Assembly (NCBI GenBank): GCA_043228905.1
Contig: JBHGNT010000018.1
Span: 3,720,001-3,784,000, forward strand
Length of the DNA: 64,000 nucleotides
Source: Azolla caroliniana
Lineage: Eukaryota > Plantae > Polypodiophyta
Direction of reading: 5' to 3'
In this document: positions 39,081-49,229 of the stretch, in pieces
Position numbering within the stretch: the first letter of the stretch is position 1
Layout of the letters: every line of letters begins with the position of its first letter
Made by a program: the position numbers and the translations under genes
Notes under the pieces: generated by a model
The model's database searches: none
Told to the model about the DNA's origin: nothing
The model's input: the letters and a program-made list of their open reading frames with translations, nothing else

Positions 39081-39839
39081 TAGGAATCGGCAACGGCTCG
39101 TCTCAAGCCTAAACCGAACCGTTAAACCTTCTTTTTTTTATACGGTTTGTCGGTTTTGTTTAGGCTTGAGCTTCCTTAACTAGTTTGAGCTCGGTTTGGG
39201 ATGGCTAAACTAGTTACCAAGCCGATTAAGGCTTAATCGACTTGGCTAAACAAGTTCCTAAACTGGTTTGGGCTTGTAAAGAATCGAGTATGATTCTTGT
39301 GTAGCGGAAGAGATGTGTGTTATGTGTATGTGTGAGAGGAATTAAAGAAGAGAAGAGAGAACACAAAATAAATAGAAAAATGAATACTCAAGAAGGTGTA
39401 TATTCATAAGTAGAATAGCAAATACAAAATGTGGCATATTACAAGGGGTCACAACCGACTTAATATAAAGTATGAGGAGGGTGCTTTATATATAGTCACC
39501 CTCTCTCTTCATCAACTAACTACAACAACCACTCTCTCTTGGGGAATGTGAAGACTCATAGTAATGGGGAATATGTAACTCATTAGTTATGTGTAATAGA
39601 ATATGATTCTATGACACATAATTAATGTGTAGAGAGTAGTGGTGTGACTCTTGACCTTTGAGTAATCGTAAATTCTCAAAAGGTGTGTTCACACGTTGCA
39701 CTATGTTGAGCTTGATTCTCAACAGGGCTTAACCAGTTTGGCCAAACCTGTTAGCCTAAAGCAATTTAGGAACCGGTTCAGTTCAGGTTTGGAAACTCCC
39801 AAACCGGTTAAGCCAAAACTGACCCGTTATCGATTCCTA
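39081..39839. mobile_element. hAT-type MITE of the same family as 2356-2537, interrupted by a solo LTR
   Basis: Left TIR TAGGAATCGGCAACGG, right CCGTTATCGATTCCTA; shares internal TCAGGTTTGGAAACTCCCAAACCGG with the first copy; no matching 8-bp TSD. Confidence 0.85.
39275..39724 (-). mobile_element. Solo LTR of the Copia-1 family
   Basis: TGTAAAGAATCG...TTGATTCTCAACA, colinear with 4459-4911; 5-bp TSD GGGCT. Confidence 0.93.
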
Positions 39840-40829
39840 CACACAGTAGAGGCTTTCTCACGCCAAGCCCCGTACGAGATCTTACCCAACACTCGTTAGG
39901 GTTAAACCTCATTGAGCATTGGGAGATAAATTTGTAATTCTTGACTCTCCAAACAATTGTTCCGAAACAAACCCTTGTACGTAAAGTAAAAGGGTTTATA
40001 TGCGATTATGAGTCGAGAGGTGTAATTATGAAAAGCTTGAATACTGTCATACGTGTATTAGGTAAAGTGTATTAGCCCCATCCATCATCGAATGCTAGAT
40101 GTCCAATGTTCTTCTTAGAGGGGTCCACACAAATGAAATCACGAGAATTGGTTTGGGGTTTCAGAGAGGGCGGTAAATGCTTCATACCATGGAGTTCTAT
40201 CAAAATCCAACAACAAATGTTTTGTATTGGACACAATATTATGCTCATTGCTTAGCCTTCAACAATGACTTGATTTTAAGATTGGATTGCATAAGTTGTG
40301 CAATTATACCATCAAATTTATGGCTTTTATTCATAATTACTATCTCTAATTTATGTATGAAGGGAATGCTTTCGTGTTGTGATTTATTCAACAAGATCTA
40401 GTGCACATTATCTTTTTGTTTTAATTAGTAATCCAAGCACTCACTATTTTGTAGATGGATATCATCTTACAAACAAATTCTCTACCTTTCATTTCATGTT
40501 TGTCATGTTCATTGAATCAATTATATCTCAATTGAAAGACTACATGTATGATATATGACTCATGTCTTGACAAGGGACATGTGATCGACCCCCTCACGAG
40601 TAACATCTAGTAGGGTAGGGCTGAGAAACCTTAATTATAACTAGAAATATGGTCAATGTGAACCTTATTTTAATTCAAAGGACAACGACAAGTTCTCCAC
40701 ATATGTAATGTAGAGAAAGTGGTCTAGATGAAATGTATGTTAGGATTTGGCTAAGTTAAAGAGAGTAAGGAAAGCACAGATATGGAAACACACATCCAAA
40801 AGCACATGTGTGTACAAGTATGACGTATG

Positions 40830-41250
40830 TTGATCTTGGGTATTGTCTAATAGGCATAATCCCTCGTGATATTGGCAACAAATTGAACATGTGCCATTGG
40901 TATGAGAGCAATGATGCTACTTCTTTGTCAATGCATGTGATCATGTGTGCCCAAGGGATGTTGGGTGAACTTACAAATCTTTATTTGTTGCAATTATTAA
41001 CAAGCCATGGGATTGATATATTTCAATCACATACCAATGCCATGGGATTGATCTTGGGTATTGTCTAATAGGCATAATCCCTCGTGATATTGGCAACAAA
41101 TTGAACATGTGCCATTGGTATGAGAGCAATGATGCTACTTCTTTGTCAATGCATGTGATCATGTGTGCCCAAGGGATGTTGGGTGAACTTACAAATCTTT
41201 ATTTGTTGCAATTATTAACAAGCCATGGGATTGATATATTTCAATCACAT
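40830..41250. repeat. 203-bp tandem duplication (218-bp period) with a 15-bp junction filler
   Basis: Copies at 40830-41032 and 41048-41250 appear identical. Confidence 0.93.
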
Positions 41251-42559
41251 GCAAGACATTTTCTCATTGATGTGTTTGAGTTATTGTTTTTGGTAATGGT
41301 GGGATCATATTGGAACTTGGAACATGATTCCACAAACCTAAAGAGGAGTGAAGCTTTTTGGTTCAATTAAAATAGATTATCACCTTTTGAATGTTAAACA
41401 TAGAAAGTAATTATGTTTATATATAGTGGAACACCTAAGCACGAAGATAAGAAGTAATGATACGACAAAGGTGTAAACTCATGTGCTTCTAAGTGAACGC
41501 ATGGTTTAAAGTAATTTGACGACCTCAATTTATTAAACTAAGCTTGTTTTCATACATAGACTCACTAACCTAATGACTGTTCAAAACCACCACAATGCTC
41601 AACATGGCTACCACTTGCAAAGATTTGTACTAGTACGTACAAAGAACTAACGAATTATTTTAGCGTCAACAAAAAGACCTAACACAATGAAAAATAATCA
41701 CATTGGACTTAAGACAAAGAGTGTAAGAGAGTGCAATATGTACCGGAATAAAAGAGCATATATTTTTTATTGTCCATGATTGGCTAATTTTGATTGGGAA
41801 ATTGCTACCCTACTAGTAAAAACTCTATATGTAAAAATAATACATGCAACACATATGTGTTGACCCTTTGTGGTGGAGATTTCAGTATGACAATTAAATT
41901 ATCCTTCTTGTCTAACATGTCATCAAATTCCTTGCAAATTACATCATATGGTGACTCGTGAGCATGCGAGAAGCGATATTCACCCTCCACAAGGTTTTCA
42001 TTGCATACCTTTTGTACTTGGGTGACGACGCCATTATTCTAATTCAAAACCTAACTTGTGTGAGTAAGTCCAAGCAAGTGTTAAGGCTCTCCGAGAGCAA
42101 AGGCTCATGCGGGTAGTACGATGTTCTTGGATACATTTTAGCATTATAGATAGTTAATGTCTACAATGTAGTGTTCCAATTTTGACTATCCATAGTGAGC
42201 GTAAGATATTACATGGTGACTTTGGGAGTGATTTTCAAAATTTTATACAATATATTAAGTTATTTTTCCACATGACTAACTCATTCAACCACATGACAAC
42301 TCACTTACAAGCCATAGATTATGTCGCGAGGGCTAGAGGGTTCACACAAGTCCAACCAATTGACCTTTTTCTCTTGTATATCCTATTTCCAATTATTCTT
42401 TGTTAGCATTTCATTGGAGTGATTTAACAAAATACTAAATAAAGTGGTGATGTACCTGTCAATGTTTCTTGTTTGTGTGAAAGACCAAGCTCTTTGCCAA
42501 CACAATCCCACTCTAGTTGCCATTATGGACATGAAACTTATCCCCATATTTGTTGCCAA

Positions 42560-43640
42560 ATAGGAAAGCCGTAATGCTTCCTTGAATGCTTAGTTGGCAC
42601 CGACGGATGAGCTCGTTGTTCTCAATGAGGTTAAGTGCTTGGAGTAGTGCTTGGTTGTTGCCCAAGTCTTGGGTAAACGGCCGAGTAGGATGATCTTTGT
42701 CATCTTCTCAAGGCAGAGTTATAGGAGAAACTCGATAAACTTATTGATATACATATAATGGGCCGAGGTTGCTATCAATTGGAGTTTGCATACCATTCTT
42801 CTGTTCGCAATCTCCTTGCTATTCCCCTCAATAGAAATCTCAAGTGCATGGGTTTTTTTCCCCATAAACCCACAACTTTGATACAACAATTCTACAAGTC
42901 GATGCAACAGGCTACTTTACGTGTACTGATATTTTCCCAGGCCTAGATAAGGAATGGAGGGAGGTTCTTCCTAAAATTGGGGCATGTTAACTCATCTACA
43001 TTTAGGGACATTGTCGAAAAAGGAGGAGCTCTGTCTCTCAAGCTACTCTATAAAAAGGATGTAGTTTTACCTAATTGGATTCGTCTTCCGAAGTTCCAAG
43101 GTAATATGTTTTAGAAAATTTAGAAAGTGCTTTATTTTGGTTTTCCCAACCAATGTTTTTCTTGTTAAAAAATCAGCCATTTGGCAAAAGACTATTCGAC
43201 TGCCCATGTCAAGGCTATTGTTGTTGTGAATAATCAAAGTAATAGTGTTGTCAATACTTTGTTGCCTCATGAAATTCAGTCACAGAAGGTTTTCGATACA
43301 TCTTCAAATAATGCGTGGAAAGGGAAAAGTGTTGACATGCTTTGTTCCAATCCCCGTCAAATTGCATTGCGTGAATGTAGTATGGACACTTTGTGGCAAG
43401 ATATAGGAATGTCGATTTCTGCTCCATCTATGGGGATTATTCGAGTCATTTCCCCTCACTTTGCATTGCTTGAATGTAGTATGGATGTTTTCCGTAAAGA
43501 TGTAGGAATGTTGGTTCCCACTTCCTCTTTGGAAATTGTTCTAATCACTGACCTAGTGCTAGAACAAGTTGTGATGAAAGTTAAAATGTCATGTCAAAAA
43601 ATGATAACTCTTTTGAACTTGAGGGTCCAAAGGTAAATGC
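42560..43640 (+). pseudogene. LINE (L1-like) ORF1 remnant, DUF4283-like
   Basis: AQVLGKRPSR...MGRGCYQLEF...FFPH.P resembles the N-terminal domain of plant LINE ORF1. Boundaries are approximate. Confidence 0.55.
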
Positions 43641-43699
43641 TCGATAATATTCAGTTGTTTTGCAAGCAGAAGTCGGGAAATCGCCTTATGTTTTTTCCT

Positions 43700-46291
43700 T
43701 TGCGAAGGATAGTATAGAAGCGTTTGTCAATAGTAAAAATAGAGTGCATAAAGAATGTTGTAATATGTTAGAGGAAGAACATGATAAGGACCTGCAAGGT
43801 AAGATGTGCACAACAAAAAACACATCTGATATGCAATAAGAAGAAGAAGGAATATAGAATATAGACACAAATTTAGCTTCTGAATCGACTCATGTCTAAT
43901 TCCGACTCTCGTTCTTTAGTCGATTTGCTTCCCATTGTGCTGGCTCCTGAGCTCCTCGTTGGATCTTTGATCTATCTTTGGCTTTGTGCACTTGTCGATC
44001 ATTTTCTCTCCAATCGACATCATCGCTAAGTGTCGCATCTTCATCCTCTTGGTATTCCAATTCTATGGATTTCCCCTTCTTGGTTTGTCCGACCGGGTCG
44101 GTCTTCGTCTTCCCTTCTACTGTTGTTCGTTTAGCTTCTTTCTACTCACTCTCTTGTCGTAGTGCCATCATTGTCCTCAGTGTTCTAAAGCATTGATTTG
44201 GGAGTGGCTTCGTCAAGCAATCGATGATATTCACCTCGGTGTCAATCTTCTAGAATTTGAGCTTCTTCTCCAATATGAGCTCCTGAATATGATGAAACCG
44301 CACCTCAATGTGTTTCCTCTTCGCGTGATAGACTAGATTTCGAATGAGGTGTATTGCACTCTAAGAGGCGCAATAGATGGTCAATGCTAGATGGTCAATT
44401 CATCTTGTCGCCGAGAAGTCGGCTGACAGTCAGTGCAGCCAAATGGCTTCCTTCATTGCCTCCGATGATGATATGTACTTAGTCGTTGTGGTAGACAGGG
44501 TCATATACTCTTGAATCTTCGACCTCCATGATACGACGCCACTGCCACAGGTGAAAAGATAGTCAGAAGTCGGTTTCTGATCATCCGTATTTTTTCATAG
44601 TTCCAAGTGGTATAGCCTTTGACTTCGCTCAGATTAGCCGATTCGAAAGTCAGTTGTGCATCCTTGATTCCTCTTAGATACCTAAAGATGTGCTTGACGG
44701 CCTCCCAATGCTTCTGTCCTGGGTTCGACATGTACCGCCTGACGACCCCTACGGCATAGGCAGGGTCGAGTCTGGTCGCCACCATTGCATACATGATACT
44801 TCCTACGACTAATGTGTAGGGTATCTTTTCATTGAGCTTTCTCTCCTTGTCAGTCGATGGAGAGTCTCTGTCTGATAGTTTGAACGATATTAGAAGTGGA
44901 GTCAATGATGGCTTCACGTTCTCCATGTTGAAGCGCTTCAGCACCTTACAAATGTAGTCGGATTGGGAGAGTCAGAGAGTTTTTGTCGTCCGATTTTGCT
45001 TGATCCTCATGCCTAGTATGTGTTGAGCTTGTCCAAGTTCCTTCATCGCAAATTTGTTGTGAAGGCTCCACTTTAGTTCTTCAATCTCTGCTCGATTGCT
45101 CCCTACAATGAGCATGTCGTTGATGTATAGGATCAGATAGATCTGGGACTCATCGACCAATTGTCGAATATACATACATGGGTCAGAGTCTGACAGTTGG
45201 TAGCCGAGCTGCCGAATGTAGGTATCGAATTTCTGATACCACATCCTCAACGCTTGTTGTAAGCCATTAAGGCTTTTCTTCAATCGACATACCAGGTGAC
45301 CTTCCTCCCATGTCGTTGTGACGCCTACCGGTTGAGACATATAGATGTCTTCTTCCAAGTCTCCGTGTAGGAATGATGTCTTGATGTCCAACTGCTCGAC
45401 CTTGAGGTCTTTAGTCGCCACGACCCCAAGTAGGAGTCGAATGGTGGTCATCTTGACTACTGGTGAGAATATATCGTCGTAGTCTACCCCATGTTCTTGT
45501 TTGAATCCCTTTGCGACAAGCCAAGCATTGTACTTGGGCTTCTCTGAATCAGATACATATTTGTATCGGAAGACCCATTTGCAAGGCAACGGCTTCCTTC
45601 CAACTGGTAGTTCAACAAGCTCCCATGTCTTGTTCATATGTATTGAGTCCATCCCGGATCTCATGGCTTGTAGCCATGTGTCGACGTTTGGCACGACTAT
45701 AGCTTCCTCGTAGGAGCTTGGTTCACCTACGTCCATGTAATTAACGTAGTCAAGGTCTAGTTGATAGAACTCTATCGGCCTTCTGACTCATCCAGATCTC
45801 TCGGGTGTCGAGTTAATTGGATCAGATCCTTCGATCGGCGTTGTTGGCTGATCAACATTACTTGAACCTTCTTCAGGAGTCCTTTTGGATGACTCACTCC
45901 TGCAATAGGATTTCGACGATGTCGAGTCCTCCTCCCTTTCTTTGGGATTGATTGATAAAGGAGTCGAGGACTTGGTCGAGTTGATTCGGTTTATCATCCC
46001 CTTAGCCTTATTGGGGTTGATGGCCGAATCGACTATGTCTCTTTTGACTATGTTTTTTTCAACTGGACACTTCTCAGCTTTGCCTTTTTCGACTCTAGTC
46101 GATTAAGCTTTTCCTTGGTTGGCTAATTCGGCTCTTGTCAATCTTTTAGTCGAGTTGAATTCGATTTCGACTAAGGGACTTCTTACCGATTCGGATTCAG
46201 CATGGGGGTCCTTGGATTGGTTGATTTCGATCGTTTGTTGAATCTCCGATTCGGCAAAGTGTCGTGAAAATACGAGAAAGACACATGAACT
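43700..46291 (-). mobile_element. Ty1/Copia (Copia-4): 3' LTR remnant, RNase H, RT and IN C-terminus; interrupted at 46291
   Basis: RT ORFs 44972-45736 (PCKWVFR, QLDIKTSFLHG, YINDML) and 44501-44944; RNase H end DCLTKPL at ~44210; probable LTR edge ...GACACA at 43869, with its outer end uncertain. Confidence 0.8.
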
Positions 46292-48168
46292 TGAGGCAGG
46301 ACCCCGGGGCCTCCGACCAGAGGATATCAGATTCATGCGTTTATACTTTTAAGAATTAACGGAAGTGAGAAAATTTAGTAATTTTTCATTAGCAAAGGAA
46401 AAAAAATTTACAATCTATCCCAAGATTGGGATTCAGAAGTTTTAGGTTTACTAAGATTAATAGAAAAGAAAAATTAGGGTTTTTGAGAGATATGGCTTCC
46501 GTAAGGAAAATTAGGGTTTATGTGAGAGATAGCTTCAATCCCCTAAGGAAAAAAATTACCCCCCATATTACATTGTACTTTCCAACCTTATATAGTGATG
46601 GGAGACTTCGCACATAACAATCCATGCTTTTTCTAATATAGACTTCATTCTTTTTCTTCTAATAACAGTGTTCATGCATGACTTTACTTTAGTTGCATGT
46701 ATTCGTACAGTTTGACCTGTGCATGATCTGTACAATTGTCCCGCCTGATCCGTGCGTTCCGACCGACCCGCTGGACATTCTGAACCATCCTCCAAAAGTC
46801 GTTCCAAGCAAATTATCCGCATCCATCTATCCAAACAGTTCGGGCCAAATCGCCCTTACTGTTGTGTGCTCCAAACACACACATATGAAATAATAAGTTA
46901 TGGGCTTGGTTATATAATGCTGGATCCGACGTTGTCCTATCTATGTGGGATATCTCACAATTCAAATTTCCTCATCTTCTCAACTTCATACTCACATAAC
47001 TTGATACATAGTTATCTGTTTCATATGTAGTAAAATGCGGTCGGAAGCTCTTGAAGATGTCTATCTTTTCATACCAAGACATTAAGCTAATCTAAAATAA
47101 TTATTTCATTATTTTTTATATCGTGTGTGAAGAACCACACGACATTCACCCCAACCAAACCTACGCATCCACCGGTATGTGCCAAGTGTGGTACCGAGTT
47201 ACATCTGCCTAGTTGAAATCTTTAATCCTTCTCTGAATATTTTCCTTTCTTCATAACCTAACTATTTATTATTGAGATTGACCTTGAACTAGCTCATTGG
47301 CTCCTTAGATCTCTTCCAATGCCACCACGACCATTCTTTCCACCGTAGCCATGGAGACCATCCAAACCACCAAATCCTTCGTCTGAGCTTTGCATCGCCA
47401 TGACCGGTTGTCGTGGCGTCTTCCGCCTTCCTAAAGCATAACCCTTCATGCACCATGCATGGCTTTCATTCCGACCATCTTCATAAACAAGACACTTCAA
47501 TATTCCTTCTTCCATCAATCCAAGCTTGTCTTTGTTAGACCTTATTATCCGAACATCGACTTTGAGTACTCCTTGTAGCCCATGCTTACATTTAAGCCCT
47601 TAGACAACCACATTGCATGTTTCCCACTTTGTCTTTTTTCGTGGTATAGTCTTGTGTTGGAGTTGACCATGACTTCCACATTAGTATTATCCTTGTTAGA
47701 TTTTGTGATCGCATCTTTCGGATCCACTTGACCCATTTGGCCCTCGTCTTCCCTTTTCGAGCTTTGCTCAGTCTCTTTGTCACACACATCAGATTTTGTC
47801 ATCATGCTTTGCTTGACCTCTTCATCATATGTATTAGCTTTTACCTTCGCTTCCTCGCCACCACCTTCCATCTCTCTGGTCTTATGTTGTCTCTCAGGCA
47901 CAACTACTGAAGTCTCCGGAACAAGTGTGGAAGGATTCTCATCTTTATCGGCTTTTGCCTTTGTCATGTTATCCATAGCCATCTCTTTAGCTATCTCTCT
48001 GTCGCACGCATCAGCTTCGGCCTTTGCTTCTTCGCCGCCACCTTCCATCTCATGGGTCTTACATTAGTTAATGCCCAAGTCTCTCGAATCAATGTGGAGG
48101 GATCCATACATTTTCGTAGTCTATCTTTGTCGTGTTACCCTTAGCCGCTTCCACTGTGAGGTTGTTCG
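46292..48168 (-). mobile_element. Ty3/Gypsy-like element (Gypsy-C): 3' LTR and 3' internal region, interrupted at 48169
   Basis: LTR ~46292-47144; the minus strand reads PPT GGTTGGGGTGAA followed by TGTCGTG. Acidic repetitive ORF 47545-48048 and a chromodomain-like remnant (47294-47518). Confidence 0.55.
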
Positions 48169-48886
48169 TGTCATGATATGGCAAGACTCGAACCTATGAC
48201 CTTAGGTTACATCGATCAAGCTCTTGACCATTATACCATCTATTATAATACGTAGGATATTATTTTCATTTAAGTTTTATTATAGAAAATTGATGTATAT
48301 TCCAGATTTCTCTGGAACATTCTAGAAACTTCAAGAGTACTCCTGAGAATACTATAAAAGGAGGTGACATGAACTACGCGCTCCTGATGAACAATGCTCG
48401 GCCACAACCAAGCTTAGAATCAAACACAGAAAAACGGGAATGAAGGCACGACACAATGGAGAGAAGAGTACACAGAAAAGAAAAGAGAATACAGGATGTT
48501 AACGTGGAAAACCCAAACTAGGGAAAAACCACGGCAGCCCACAGACTGCAAACTATCACTATATCACAATGATTACAACAATGAGCTCATGGAGGCAACG
48601 ACCTCGTGCTCACGATCTTCGCCACAGGCGGCGGTTACAACAGAGGCAACAACCTCTTCGTTTCTTTCTCTCTCTCTCTCTGTACACTGTTGCGCTCTAA
48701 ACTTGCGCCAACAAGAATGACAACATTACTTACACTAAGTTTGCCCTAAGTCATATTTATACTAAAATGACTTTTCGGCTATTTACAAATATAGCCCCGA
48801 TGGACTCTCAAAAATATATTTACGAATATGTCCCTTCATCCGGTGAGCACTCCTCACCGGGCCTGCATCATCCGGCGCTTGCCGGG

Positions 48887-49150
48887 CACTCATCATCCGG
48901 TTCTCACCGGGTCTTCCGTTTTCGGGTACTCCTCATCCGGTTCTCACTGGGTCTTCCGTTTCTGGGTACTCCTCATCCGGTTCTCACCGGGTCTTCCGTT
49001 TCTGGGTACTCCTCATCCGGTTCTCACTGGGTCTTCCGTTTCTGGGTACTCCTCATCCGGTTCTCACCGGGTCTTCCATTTCCGAGTACTCCTCATCTGG
49101 TTCTCACCGGGTCTTCCGTTTCCGGGTACACCTCATCCGGTTCTCACCGG
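48887..49150. repeat. 40-bp tandem array in the Copia-3 3' LTR (6 full units + 1 partial)
   Basis: Unit TACTCCTCATCCGGTTCTCACCGGGTCTTCCGTTTCTGGG. Confidence 0.93.
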
Positions 49151-49229
49151 CACTGTTCTTCTCACTTCCCATCCGGAGGGACCTGTTTCCCAACAAACTC
49201 CCCCTTCACTCCGGCATGGGATGTCTTAC

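Noticed and set aside
48178-48240. Functional tRNA gene
   Set aside because: The acceptor and anticodon stems do not form; it is kept only as a tRNA-like promoter cassette.
48887-49150. Regular repeat arrays resembling a CRISPR array (also 53862-54243)
   Set aside because: The units are contiguous with no unique spacers, lie inside Copia LTRs, and there are no cas genes in this eukaryotic sequence.
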